Below, piece by piece: positions 13,521-25,860 of a DNA stretch of 64,000 bases. Position 1 is the first letter of the stretch. Every line of letters begins with the position of its first letter. The notes below the pieces were generated by a model. The model ran no database searches, was not told the DNA's origin, and saw only the letters and a program-made list of their open reading frames with translations. The position numbers were made by a program, and so were the translations under genes. The DNA comes from Felis catus. Lineage: Eukaryota. The stretch is from NCBI RefSeq assembly GCF_018350175.1, contig NC_058368.1, positions 210,368,001 to 210,432,000 of the forward strand. The letters are read 5' to 3'.

Positions 13521-14592
13521 GTAGAGTGGCAATTTTATAGGTGTTCACTTTGTAATGAATTGTTGAGTAGTGTTGAGTAGTTATGTGTGCTTTGCTATAT
13601 GTGCATTTTATTTTGTAATGTTAACATCTTTAGAGAGAATTAAATTATATAATTTGCCATATAAATTGGGAGTGGGGGAAGCTGCATTATAGTGTTCTAA
13701 GCTCATGGTAACATGCAAAAGGAATGAAGATATCGCTTAAGCTAGACTTTGTTAAGGATGCATGCTATAATCTCTCTGGTCGTCATTGAAAGAATAGAAA
13801 TAGGAAATAGCTTCAAATACAGGAAAGTTGGAATGACCAAAAAAAAAAAAAAAAAAAAAAATCAATTCAAAACAGCAAAAGGACAAAAACAGGCAAAAAC
13901 TAAACTTTATTGTTTAGAAATGCACACATAGTTGGGCACATTGTAAAGTCATGTGAAGTGATTTAACATTTAAGTCAAAGTAGTGCTTCTGGGAGGAATG
14001 GACATTCAGGGGTATAGCTCAGAGGGGCTTAGGGTTACTAAGGGCAACAAATTTCTTCACTTGGGTGTTTTTTACAAGCATGTCTCTACTTATCAACTAT
14101 ATACATTATACACTATACACAATATACATTTGTATCGTATGCACTTTTCTGAATGTCTCTATTTCAAAATGTAAAAGATTTTAAAAAGTCAGTTTCTGTA
14201 AATCACATTAATAGTTTAAAACAGCAAAATCACATCATCATCTCAAATGCTGAAAACATTTTGATAAAATTCATTTATATATTTTTAAAGTCCCATTTTT
14301 TAAAAGAATATTTTTTTTGATAAAGGATGAGTATCTATATATGTGTATATACACATGTATACATATAAAGAGGAACCTAAAACTACTGCAGATATCATCC
14401 TTAATGCTACAGGCTTTACCTTTGAGATCCAGAACAAGCCAAGGATGCCTACCATCAGCACTTCTATTCAGCATTGTATGTTCAATAATTATAAGACAAG
14501 AGAAATAAAAGGCCTAAGGATGAGAAAAGAAGAAGGAAACTTTTATTTATCTTGATTTTGATGGTTATGTATGTGGAAGATCCAAAAATATG

Positions 14593-14800
14593 GAGGAGCT
14601 CCTGGGTGGCTCAGTCCATTAAGCCCCCTGCTCTTGGTTTAGGTTCAGGTCATGATCTCCAGGTTCTGGAGTTCGGGCCCATCATTGGACCCTGTGATGA
14701 TAGTGAGGAGCCTGATTGGGATTCTCTGTCTCCTCCTCTCCCTGCCCTTCCCTCTCTGCCCCCTTCTCTTTCTCTCAAAAATAAATAAATATTTAAAAAA
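14593..14800 (+). mobile_element. Can-SINE within an old L1 fragment (~14190-14830)
   Basis: cctgggtggctcagtc head, (CT)-rich segment, A-rich tail. Confidence 0.85.
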
Positions 14801-15042
14801 CACCAAAAATATACATCTTACTGTAAGAATCGATAAGAAAGTGGCATTTCTTAATATGGTGTTTGGATCCCCTGAATCCTGGTTAAGTCAGAGACTCCCA
14901 GTAAACCTGAACCTCAGATTCCTTTGTCAGAAAAAGTTGGGGAGTGAGATCGTTTATAACAGAGCTCATCAGGGTGGTTGTGAGGATTATAATCAAATAA
15001 TGTATTTGAAAATGCCAAAATAAATGATGGTACCTTAACACC

Positions 15043-15073
<31 letters not shown>

Positions 15074-15799
15074 AAGGAAGGTAGGAAGGAAAGGTAGAAG
15101 GGAGGGAGGGAAGAAAGGCAAAGCAAGGCAAGGCATAGTGCTGCCCCATAGCAGACACTCATTTATTAAGAAACAGCGAACATCCTCGTTGTCAAACTAA
15201 TCCTCTTCCTTCAGAGCCTTATCTGGAAGTCATCTTTCAGAGGGGCCATCCCTACTTATTTTTTTTCCTTAAAACTTAGCACTAACATACTTTTGCCAAT
15301 ACTGTACTCATCTCCGTAACAGAAGTTCCGTGAGGAATGATTTTTGTTTTGTTTGCAGACCCACTCTTGCCTGACCCATACTAAGTGTTCAATAAATTTG
15401 TGTTGAATGGGTGAATTTACTCAGTCGCCATCCCCGCCCGATTTGTGCTACTGCTAATTATCGGAGGTACTGGGGCTTGAGTGGGATATTGTTAAAACAT
15501 CAACACCTCTGGGGTGAGGTTTAAACAGCATCGCCACCCTCTGGGGGAAGAAGGGGAGAATTGGAGATCAGGTATGTGTGACTATTAGAATTAGTGAGAA
15601 AGGCAATGGGCACCCAAAAGTCAGAAGAAAGGTCCAAAAAAAGGGACCCTGGGATACGAAAAGAAGAATCCGGGTATCCCGAGTTAGCATTCCAGGCTAG
15701 CGCTGCTGAGTTTCACCTGCCCACTTCAAGGAGGCGCCTGTCCTCACGAGATTTTCATGCAGAAAATCCAACCCCAGATTTCTAGGCAGGGCCAAAGAG

Positions 15800-16335
15800 G
15801 TGGGCCCCAGTAGCTATCAAAGGGCCGAGCAGGGGCGGGGGAAAGAAGCCAGGCCAGACCCCTGGCCGCGACCCGGTCGGAGAAGGCACCCCGCCCTCGG
15901 GTCCTGCAGCCTGGAGTTCGCCCCCCGTGCGGTGCCAGGCCCAGGGCGCAGCACAGCGCCCGGCGTGGCGGGCACCGCGCGCGCGAGTAGCGCAGGGCCG
16001 ACCGCGCTGCTTCTGGCGTTGCTGCCGCCGCGGCTCTTGCTGCCGGAAGTCTCCCAAATCCCGGCCGCGTCCTCTTTGGGTGAGTGCCGGGCGGGCAGCG
16101 CGCGCGCTTGGGCCGCCCCTCCGCGGCTGGGCTGGGGAAGCCCCCGGAGTCTGCGCCGCCGCGCGCCGGCGGAAGGTGACTGCAGGCGGGCGCCTGGGGG
16201 CGGCGCCGGCGAGGAGGACTGTGCCCTTTGCCCTAGGCGGTCTCCGCCAGCCTTCCGTCGCTCCTTCAAGTCTATCTGGTCGGGCCGAGTTCTGGCGCGG
16301 GAGTGAGTGAGGACGGGCTGCAGGGACCGCTCGTT
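15800..16335. promoter_or_regulatory. CpG island / candidate promoter overlapping UGT3A pseudogene exon 1
   Basis: Very GC- and CpG-rich relative to the rest of the window; GC box GGGGCGGGGG at ~15832, GCGC runs, ETS motif CCGGAAGT at 16043-16050. Confidence 0.85.
15989..16079 (+). pseudogene. UGT3A pseudogene exon 1 relic (ATG replaced by AGC)
   Basis: SAGPTALLLALLPPRLLLPEVSQIPAASSL(G) versus [31 protein letters not shown](G); same G|GTGAGTGC donor, at 16080. Confidence 0.75.
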
Positions 16336-16359
16336 AACTTTAAACAGAGCAAAGAGCAA

Positions 16360-17370
16360 TGTTATGTAAGCAAAAAATGAATGAATGTATGTGGAGATAG
16401 CAAAGGAACTACAGTTCAGGACAAGGAACCTATGGCGAAGCCCAAGAGACGAAGAGAAGGTCAGCTTTTATTAGGTCTGAGGAGGAAATTGGGGAGGGTT
16501 TATTCTGAACAAAAGTTCCTTGGAGAAGAACAAGAGTTTGAGACTGGGGCAGTTTCTCATTGGTTGCAGGCAGCTGGGGCAGGTTGAGAGCTCCTTTCCT
16601 TTTCTTAAAGGCAGGAGATAAAAAACACTCCCGTGTGAAAAGTGCCTCCCGTGGTGGAAACCATGATCTTCCTTCTCCCTGCTGCTTCCGTGGGCTGTGT
16701 GGTGCGTGCGTGAGAGCTCCCCCTTCAGGGCTTCCTCGCCCTACTTTAAAGGTTTCCTTTATTTTCACACCCACCACGTCTGAATTCTTACTGGAGCCAA
16801 GCTCAGACCCAAAATAAGTACCCCCCCCCCCGCACAAAGCATTTACACTTAAAGGAAGTTTCTAGTTTTAAGGACTAGTTCCACCTCCGCCCCATGACTG
16901 CCTCCTGGGCTCACTTTCCAGCCACTTTCTGGTTTCCACTGTCGCAAAAATTCCCAAAGAGGAGGATACCCCTCCTCTGTGGGTATCTAGGATACCCCTG
17001 ATCTGCTGTCTGCTATAGGAGGTCGTAGGTATACCACCAAGTGGAATTAGGTTTTGGAGCTTGATTAAGGGGCATGACCTTAAAATTTTTTTTTTATTTT
17101 TAATATTTATGTTAGAGACAGAGTATGAGGGGGGTAGGGTCAGAGAGAGAGGGAGACACAGAATTCCAGGCTCCAGGCTCCGAGCTGTCAGCACAGAGCT
17201 CATTGTGGGGCTCAAACCCACCAACCAGTGAGATCATGACCTGAGCCTAAGTCACTCAACTGACTGAGCCACCCAGGTGCTCCAAGGGGCTTGACCTTTT
17301 AAAAAATGTAGTCTATTTCCTAGAAAGAAGAATGCTTTAAGCTCTAAGTAAGTCCTCAAGAACTTATCAC
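16360..17370 (-). mobile_element. Probable ERV solo LTR (interrupted by a SINE)
   Basis: TG...CA ends; on the minus strand CCAAT (16559-16563) precedes AATAAA (16467-16472). No clear TSD; family not determined. Confidence 0.45.
17082..17284 (-). mobile_element. Can-SINE
   Basis: Full body; TSD aaggggc(a/t)tgacctt. Confidence 0.9.
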
Positions 17371-17392
17371 ATTGTCATAGATAGAGCCCCTC

Positions 17393-17867
17393 CCGTTGCA
17401 GGATTTTTTTTTTTTTTTACCTCACTTCCTCAGAATTTATTGTCTCCCCACCTGGAAAAACGAAGAAGTGGACACAAAATAAAATGAGCAGCAGGCAAAA
17501 GTTTATTAGAATATAAGATTAGAAAGTAAGAATAGTATGAAAGCTCTCTTTACAGAGAGGGGACGTTTGAAAGTGAATGCCCCCAACTATGGGCAAGGGA
17601 CTTTATTTAATATGGTTTTGGTCCATTCCCTCCCCCCCCCAACTTTTTTTTCCTTTGTTGGCCTGATAACTGTAGGTGCTGAGTTGTTCATTTCTGTGGG
17701 AAACGTGAGTGGGGGAAGGAATAGGTAGTGTTTGTTACCTTCTTAAGAAAAACTTTAAGTCTGAGGGAATTTCTCTCATGGTCAGATGTTCCCAGCACTG
17801 TTTTAAAATATGTGGTTTCTCTACATCCAGGGACCGCAAGTCCTAACCTTTTCCTCTCTACCTGTCA
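17393..17867 (-). mobile_element. Probable ERV solo LTR
   Basis: ~475 bp from (c)gttgcagg to cctgtca; reverse AATAAA at 17502-17507; composition resembles carnivore ERV1-class LTRs. TSD not clear. Confidence 0.5.
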
Positions 17868-18118
17868 TTCTGGGTCACAGGACAGGGAAACTAGAGGAGA
17901 GTTGCGGCAGGTGGGGGCTCAGAGAGTCAGGAATCATTCTGCATGAGGACTCTGAGGGTCCAGGGCGAGGTTGCCCATATAGGAAATGAAGAGGCAGATG
18001 AAGCTTTCCTTCTGCTCACCATCCAGCGAAGGTTTATCCCGAAGCTTCTCTGTTTCCCTACCCTCCCACCCTAGCCTTTCTCTTCATGGACCTCACAAAA
18101 ATGAAGCCCTGTTCCCAA

Positions 18119-18220
18119 GGGGAAGCCACTATCTACTGATGGCCGAGGTATCTCAGATTCTTCAAGACCATGGGCATGATGTGATCTTACTTCAACAGAA
18201 TGGACTTTCGTTCACATTAG
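18119..18220 (+). pseudogene. UGT3A pseudogene exon 2 relic
   Basis: [26 protein letters not shown]; 102 bp like the intact exon 2. The orthologous acceptor AG reads AA (18117-18118), and the nearest AG is shifted by 1 nt. Donor GTATCC at 18221. Confidence 0.9.
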
Positions 18221-18239
18221 GTATCCTGTCTTTCTATTC

Positions 18240-18545
18240 CATGTTCTGTCCAATAGAAATACAACATGAGCTATAAATGCAAGCCCCATGATGTATTTAT
18301 ATTCCAGAAGACACATGAAAAATAAAAACAGGTCAAACTAATTTTCATCATACATTTTATTGAAAGTCATATATCCAAAATATCATTTCAACGTGTAAAC
18401 AATATAAAAATTATTAATGACATAGTTCACATTTGTTTGTGTTAAGTCTTTGAAATCTGGTGTGTATTTCACAATTCACACTAGCCACATTTCAAGTGTT
18501 CAATAGCCACATGTAGCTGATGGCTGCCATATTGGACAATACTGT
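18240..18545. mobile_element. hAT-Charlie MITE (MER33-like)
   Basis: Ends ctgtccaatagaa ... tattggacaatactg; ctagccacatttcaagtgttcaatagccacatgt motif. Confidence 0.7.
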
Positions 18546-18889
18546 TTGGACCCTCCTACCATAGGTGATAAACCTTGCATATGTTAAATGTTCAGCAAAA
18601 CTTCATTTTAGTTCTACTGAGTTATTACAATGAAAATGATATGTGTGTGGTATCTGTGTTTATTTCAAAGTCCATCTTAAACCATAACTCTAGCATAAGA
18701 AAGTTTGAAACACTGTTTCACTCTCCTCATCATCTTCTGCATCCTTCCATCTCACATCCTCTCACTTCTGTCTTCAACCCATTCATGCAAACCCTTCGCA
18801 CACATTTCCAGATCAGTTTGACAAAATACTGCTTTATGTTGCATGAAACCTTGTGTATAATTTGTGGAGATTGGATCAAGATGATTTCT

Positions 18890-20914
18890 CTTTTTTTTTA
18901 GAGTAGGCTCCATGCCCAGTGTGGACCCCAACCTGGGGCTTGAACTCAAGACCCTAAGATCAAGACCCTGAGCTGAGAGATCAAGAGTCGGATGCTTAAC
19001 CAACTGAGCCACCCAGGCACCCCATCACAATGATTTTTCTGATAACAATCCAGGAAAAGAAAACAGGAAAATTGCAGGAGAAACTTATCAAACAACTAAT
19101 ACAAGAAAAATTTCCAGAACTAAAATACGTGTAGCTCCATACTGAAAGATCCCACCTGCATTCAACACAAAGAATAAAAAAATGACCTACACCAGGGGAA
19201 ATCATGGTGACATTTCAGAATAGCAGTGGTTAATAAAAAGCAATCTAAATGTTTTGGGGTGCCTGGGTGGCTCAGTCAGTTAAGTGTTTGATTCTTGATT
19301 TCAGCTCATGTCATGATCTCACAATTCCCACATGATCCCACAGAGAAGGTTTGAGCCCCATATGGGGCTCCACACTGACTGTCTAGAGCCTGCTTAGGAT
19401 TCTCTCTCTCCCTCTCTCTCTCTGCCCCTCCCTGACTCACATGTGCTCTCTCTCTCTCAAAGTAAATATAAACTTAAAAAAAAAACTATTTTAAAAGCAA
19501 CCTAAATGTTTTGATATACTGCAATGATGAGTAGGACTCAGAATGGCATCAAACTTTTTAGCATTGACATACAGCAGTGGACACAGAAAACCCAACAAGA
19601 CTTGACAGTAAAATAGTCTCAAAGGTTTTCCTTTTCGTATACCACTTCTTAAGAAGTTATTACAGAGTTTAGTCCCAGCAGAACAATGGGGTGACCAAGA
19701 AAGAGGAAGACAAAGGGTAAGTATATAGAAGTGGCAAAACAAGAGAGTGTTAAGATTTGTCCTAAGGTATCAGCTGTGCAGTTGGCCTGGAGAGCAGTTG
19801 GTCCAGGTTGAATTGATAGAAGAATCCAGAAAGAACATCTCTGGGGGGAAAAAAAAAATTAGTCAATAAGTTGACCTTATTGAAAATCCTATTGAGAGAA
19901 TATTGGAGGGAGTTGAGAGACTGGCCAATAGGCACAGAAACAAAACAAAACAAAACAAAACAAAACAAAACAAAACAAAACAAAATAGGCCTAAACAAAT
20001 GAAAAGTATTCCCTCTGTTCTCCCTTCCTCCAAGTAGATTTAGCAGGGAACATACACTTTTCGAGTGTGACCTACAGGGCCTAACACTATTTATGCAAGT
20101 CTTTTCTCTCTCATATTGTTTATATTTTCTTTCTCTCTTTAAGTTTTTTAAACTTATTTTGAGTGAGAGAGAGGAGAGAGAGAGAGAGCACGAGGAGGAG
20201 AGGGGAAGAGAGAGGGAGAGAGAGAATCCCAAGCAGGCTCCGCACTGCCAGCGCAGACCCTTATGTGCGTTTTGATATCATGAACCATGAGGTCATGACC
20301 TGAGCCAAAATCCAGAGTTGGACACTTAACTTGCTGAGCCACCCAGGTGTTCCTATTTTCATGTGCTAATTTCCAAAAATGTATACCAAATGTCTTGAAT
20401 TTCTCAAAACTAGTCCCTGTGTTACTTAATTTTTTTTTTCTTTTTTAATTAAGGCTCCATGCCAAATGTAGGGCTTGAACTCACAACCCTGAGATCAAGA
20501 GTTGCGTGCTCTACCGACTGAGCCAGGCAGGTACCCCTTTAAACATTTATTTTAAAAGCTTAATTTTTAAAATGTATCCCCACCAACATATATGAAATTG
20601 GTAGTAGCACATAGAGAGAATTACTGTACTAACTGCTAAGCTAATTACGTTGTTTGTACACTTCATAATGCCTACCTCTTTCTTTTTTTTTTTTAATTTT
20701 TTTTTTCAACGTTTATTTATTTATTTTTTTGGGACAGAGAGAGACAGAGCATGAACGGGGGAGGGGCAGAGAGAGAGGGAGACACAGAATCGGAAACAGC
20801 CTCCAGGCTCTGAGCCATCAGCCCAGAGCCCGACGCGGGGCTCGAACTCATGGACCGCGAGATCGTGACCTGGCTGAAGTTGGACGCTTAACCGACTGCA
20901 CCACCCAGGCGCCC
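18890..20914. mobile_element. Cluster of Can-SINEs (18890-19024 -, 19256-19485 +, 20140-20353 -, 20430-20536 -, 20683-20914 -) within old L1 debris
   Basis: Each has the tRNA-derived head. The 20683-20914 copy is CpG-rich (young) with TSD tacctctttcttt. Confidence 0.88.
19939..19985. repeat. (CAAAA)n microsatellite
   Basis: About 9 perfect units. Confidence 0.95.
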
Positions 20915-21610
20915 CTACCTCTTTCTTTTCAAACACTTAACACACTGGTAATTTTTTCCTTGTAATGATTTGCTCAATGTCTGCTTTCCTTGTCAAACCG
21001 TAAGGTCCATGATAGCAAAGATCATGTTTTCCTTGCACACTACGAGATCCACAGAACCTATCATAGTGTATGGCATATAGTAGGCATTTAACTACACTAC
21101 CTAAAGTAGTGTAAACATTTAACTACACTACCTAAAGATCAAGATGTATAAAAATACTAGGCCAAATTATAAGTTACATCTTCCTTGACTAGTTTTTTAT
21201 AGTTATTGAAACCTTTGATATCGTCCCAGATATAACTGGGAAAATTATCTTGACTTGATCATTGAATTCAAGAAGCCTTCTGGGACTCTTCTCTCTGTGG
21301 CTTAAAGTAGTTGTCTGCCTGCACCCCCCACCCTCCAATCCAATCAGAACACCCTCATCAAACTTACTATAACCTAAAATGACTGCCCATTTGGCCGCAT
21401 TTATTTTCTCCTCATAATCTTGTGACCTTTTGGAAGAAGGCTGCCCTGCTCATCACACTGCTGAAGTGACAAAACAAATTCCTCTCTCGTCCCCAGTAAT
21501 TGTCAGTAATTATCCTCATAGAAAGTATTTTCTTCATTGAAACAGCACTTTTAACCACTTTTTGTCCTAACATTATTTCATTCCATCTTCTTTTCCCTGA
21601 ACCAATTTTA

Positions 21611-22273
21611 TTATTAAAAAAAATTTTTTAAGGGGCGCCTGGGTGGTGCAGTCCGTTAAGCGACCGACTTCAGCCAGGTCACGATCTCGCGGTCCGTGAG
21701 TTCGAGCCCCGCGTCGGGCTCTGGGCTGATGGCTCTGAGCCTGGAGCCTGTTTCCGATTCTGTGTCTCCTCCCTCTCTCTGCCCCTCCCCCGTTCATGCT
21801 CTGTCTCTCTCTGTCCCAAAAATAAATAAAAACGTTGAAAAGAAAAAAAAAAATTTTTTTTAATGTTTATTTATTTTTGAGAGAGAGAGAGAGAGAGAGC
21901 GAGCGAGCAGGGGAGGGGCAGAGAGAGAGGGAGACACAGAATCTGAAGTAGGCTCCAGGCTCTGAGCTGTCAGCACAGAGCCCAACGTGGGGCTTGAATC
22001 CATGAACCATGAGATCAAGACCTGAGTGGAAGTCTGACACTTGATGGACTGAGCCACCCAGGCACCCCCAATTTTATTTTTTTAATGTTTGTTTATTTAT
22101 TTGTTTTTATTTAGAGTGCGAGCTGGGGAGGGGCACAGAGAGAGAGAGAGAGAGGATCCTGGTCAGTCTCTGTGCCCAACGCAGGGCTCAATCTCATGAA
22201 CCGTAAGATCATGACCTGAATCAAAATCAACAGTTAGAGACTTAACCAACTGAGCCACCCAGGCATCCATCCA
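21611..22273. mobile_element. Three nested Can-SINEs (21632-21852 +, 21853-22068 -, 22079-22270 -)
   Basis: Outer TSD gaaccaatttta at 21599-21610 and 22274-22285; inner TSD caattttatt at 21603-21612 and 22069-22078. Confidence 0.88.
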
Positions 22274-23207
22274 GAACCAATTTTAGAAATAGTTGAGCCA
22301 TTTAAATAGGCATGAATGGTGGTATACCCTGTGTCCTTATGTTAGGATAAATGCATATTTGCCTTCTCTGTCTCTCAGGAGGGCACTTCTGAACCCTGGC
22401 TGCATATTAGAATTACCTGAGGAGCTTTGAACAAATGCTTATGTTTGGGGTTCACTTTCAGAAAGTCTCATGTAAACTATTTATGGTGAAGTCCAGGCAT
22501 AGATATATTTGTAACGCTCCGCTATAGCACACAGAGTAGAGACCTTCCTCCTGGAGCCATGTTTCTGTTTTCCCCTTCACCACTCTCCAGAGGTTCTCTC
22601 TAAGTGTTGGGCCTTCACTTTAGTGAAAGGAGATCATGCAGCTGATTGCTGATCTTCAGTTCATAAGTCAAGTGCCTAAATCTTGGGCATGAGTAGTAGG
22701 AATCTCATTTTTCAGCCCATATTCTGCATCCTGAATCATCAGTGCAGAATCACTTTGGTGCGGCATTTGTCAAATGTTGTATAAACCATAGCACATGTTT
22801 AACCATTATTAAAAGAAAAGTAAATGAATCCCCAATAAAACAAAGTAAATCCTCAAATAAAAGCTGACACAGGACATTAATCTTCAGCAGGGTTGTTGGA
22901 ATCTGTATCATAGAAGAGGCCCTGAGAGGGAGGTAAAGGTACAAAATCCTCATTCACTGGCCCTTAAGTGGGAACCCCAAGCACCAGTCACCTTTTTGAA
23001 GGATTTGTTGCCAGTGGAGTGTGAAGACATCCATTGGTCCAATAGTTGAAAGCAAGAAACCAGCAGATGTCACTAACACACAGGTTTTACAGTGGTTTCT
23101 CCAATGGAAAAAGCTGTTTTTTCACTTCATGAGACCCTGTCATCAGGATGCTCACAGCTGCGGGAAAACAAGTCCTACACACAGGTATATTTAAGAACAA
23201 AGTTTGC

Positions 23208-23425
23208 CGGGCACCTGAGTGGCTCAGTTGGTTGGGTGTCCAACTTCGGCTCAGGTCATGATCTCACGGTTCGTGGGTTCAAGCCCCGAGTTGGGCTCTG
23301 TGCTGACAGCTCAGAGCCTGGGGCCTGCTTTGGATTCTGTGACTCCCTCTCTCTCTGGCCCTCCCCCACTCACACTCTGTCTCTCTCTGCCTCTCAAAAA
23401 TAAATAAAAATGTAAAAAAAAAACC
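23208..23425 (+). mobile_element. Can-SINE
   Basis: Full body; TSD acaaagtttgc. Confidence 0.92.
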
Positions 23426-23852
23426 ACAAAGTTTGCATATAATTGGAGGTCTTACAGAACGTCATGGATGAGCTTCAGGATTCAACCAGTGGAGAGAGAT
23501 CAGAGACACCAGCCATAGCTGGTAATATGTCCCACAGCAGGAAGAGCACCAAAAGATGGGTAGGATTTTGATGAGGGGAAGAAAGGAAGAGGAAGAAAGC
23601 AGGAACATTCTAAGCATCAGAAAGAATTGTAGCAAAGAAAAAACAGAAAAATGCCATGGTAGATTTGGAGGTCATGAAAGGACCAGTATCTGGATCAGAA
23701 AGTTCTCAGGAGAGAGCAGTAGAACAGGTTGCTGCCAAAAGTGCTTTCTGGGTGTTCACTTCCGGTGTGAAGATTCTTTAGTGTGTTTGAAGATTAACAC
23801 CATTTGTGAATATTGAGTATCTCTCACTTCTTTTTTTTTTCTTTTTTTGCAG

Positions 23853-24382
23853 GAGCTCATTTACAAACCTTTTAAAGGTCATGTAGCTTCATGACACAAC
23901 TCAGTGTAGTCATTTGTTAGGAAGGACAGATATTATGGGCTCCTTAAAGAATGAGAGTTTTGACCTAGTGGTGGTTGATGCTATAGGATCGTTACACTTT
24001 CCTGGTTGCTGAGAAGCTTGGAAGGCTGTCTGTGACCTCTTTACTAGCACATTTGGAATATCAATTTTGGGCTGTCTGAACCTGTGTCTTGCATGTCCTC
24101 CCTGACAGATCACATGGATTTCTGAGACCAGGTGAAGAACTCTCTGATGTTCTTCATTTCAACCTTGAGCAAATGGTATATATTCATACTCAGTTTGATG
24201 ACACTATCAAGGAACATTTCCCAGAAGGCTCTAGGCCAGAGCTATTTCATCTTCAACTGAAAGCAGAGCTGGGGTTTGTTAGTTTTGGCTTTGGCTTTGT
24301 CTTTGCCTTTGCCTGGCCACAGCTTCCCAACACTGTGTATGTTGGACACTTAATGGCCAAACCTGATGAGCCAATACTTCAG
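23853..24382 (+). pseudogene. UGT3A pseudogene exon 4 relic
   Basis: AG/GT sites intact; [28 protein letters not shown] motifs; in-frame TAG at 23884 and TGA at 24123, frameshifts, tttggc micro-duplication. Confidence 0.93.
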
Positions 24383-24483
24383 GTAAGTAAAACCTTTGTG
24401 CCCCATTGGACATGAGGAACCACCCTCATGATGGTGTCATTAGTGCACAGATGGCAATTGCTCAGACAAGGGGTAAATCTAGG

Positions 24484-25860
24484 TTTTTTTTAATTTTCTT
24501 TTCACATTTTTTAAATGTTTATTTATTTTTGAGAGAAAGAGAAAGAACGTGAGCAGGGGAGGGGCAGAGAGAGAGAGACAGACACAGAATCTAAAGCAGG
24601 TTCCAGTCTCCGAGCTGTCAGTGCAGAGCCTGATGCAGGGCTTGAACTCACAAAGTGTGAGTTCATGACCTGAACTGAATCAGATGCCTAATTGACTAAG
24701 CCACCCAGACACCCCTATATTTCGATTTTCAAATGCTTTTGGTATTATATAGAAATACAGTTGACTTTTATATATCAGCCTTGAGTCCTGAAATTTTAAT
24801 AAGTTCACTTATTAGACTCTATTGGGTTATTTTGTAGCTTCCATAGGGTTTTCTATATAGATAATAGTGTCTCATAAAACTGAGAACATTTTCTTTCCAT
24901 TCATTATTTCTTTTACCCATTTTTCTTGTTTTATTTTCCTGGCTAGAGTTTAAACCATGATGTTGAATAAAAGTGATGAGAGCTGACATCTCTACTTTGT
25001 TCCTGTCTTAGGTGGAAAGAGTTCAATATTTTACCGGTAAGTATGATTACAGTACAGATTTTTTTCAACAGATGCCTTTTATCATATTAAAGAGATTACT
25101 TTCTATTCCTAGCCACGCGGAGAGTTTTTATAAGAAAAGAGTGTTGAATTTTGTCGAAGATTTGTTCTGCATTTATTGAGGAGATCATGTGATACTTCCT
25201 TTTTACTCTATTATTGTGGTGAATTATAATGATTAGTTTTTGACTGTTAAATTGACCTTGCATCCTTGGATAAAAGAATTGGTGATGATGTATTATGTTT
25301 TTCGATATATTGCTGGATTCTATTTTAAAACATTTTAAAGGCCTCATAAAACTATATCACATGGATTTCTGGGGCTGAGTGAAGAACTGTCTGATATTCT
25401 TAATTGTATTTATGAGGTTATGCTTCTATAGGTGTCTTTTTAGAAATCTTTTGATTCTGAATTCAATTTTTATTAAAAAATTGAAATTTAAATTACCTAT
25501 TTGAAGTTACTTAAAATTTCTAATTCTTCTAGTGTCAGTTTTGGTAAGTTGTGTTTTTAAAATTTTTTTTTTTAATGTTTATTTATTTTTGAGAGAGAGA
25601 CACACACAGAGTGCGAGCAGGGGAGGAGCAGAGAGAGGGAGACACAGATCTGAAGCAGGTGCCAGGCTGGGAGTTGTCAGCACAGAGCCTGATGCGGGGC
25701 TGCAACTCACGAACCACGAGATCATGACCTGAGCCGAAGTCGGACGCTAAACAGACTGAGTCACCCAGGCACCCCAGTAAGTTGCGGTTTTTTTTCAAAT
25801 AATTTGCTCACTTCATGTATTTGACAAGAAATATTTCATTTTTCGGAGAAATAAGGTGAT
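24484..25860 (-). mobile_element. Old L1 ORF2 fragment with two Can-SINEs (24484-24714 and 25560-25775, both -)
   Basis: Minus-strand HMISSINAEQIFDKIQH (RT motif); SINE bodies evident. Confidence 0.82.

Noticed and set aside
15782..16359. Several overlapping 90-180 aa ORFs on both strands in the GC-rich region
   Set aside because: Stop-codon scarcity in a CpG island; only the 15989-16079 part has recognisable (UGT3A exon 1) homology.
20721..20965. Recurrent short ORFs (MAQVMISRFV.., [10 protein letters not shown]..) and tRNA-like A/B boxes across the window
   Set aside because: Translations and Pol III boxes of tRNA-derived Can-SINEs; neither proteins nor tRNA genes.
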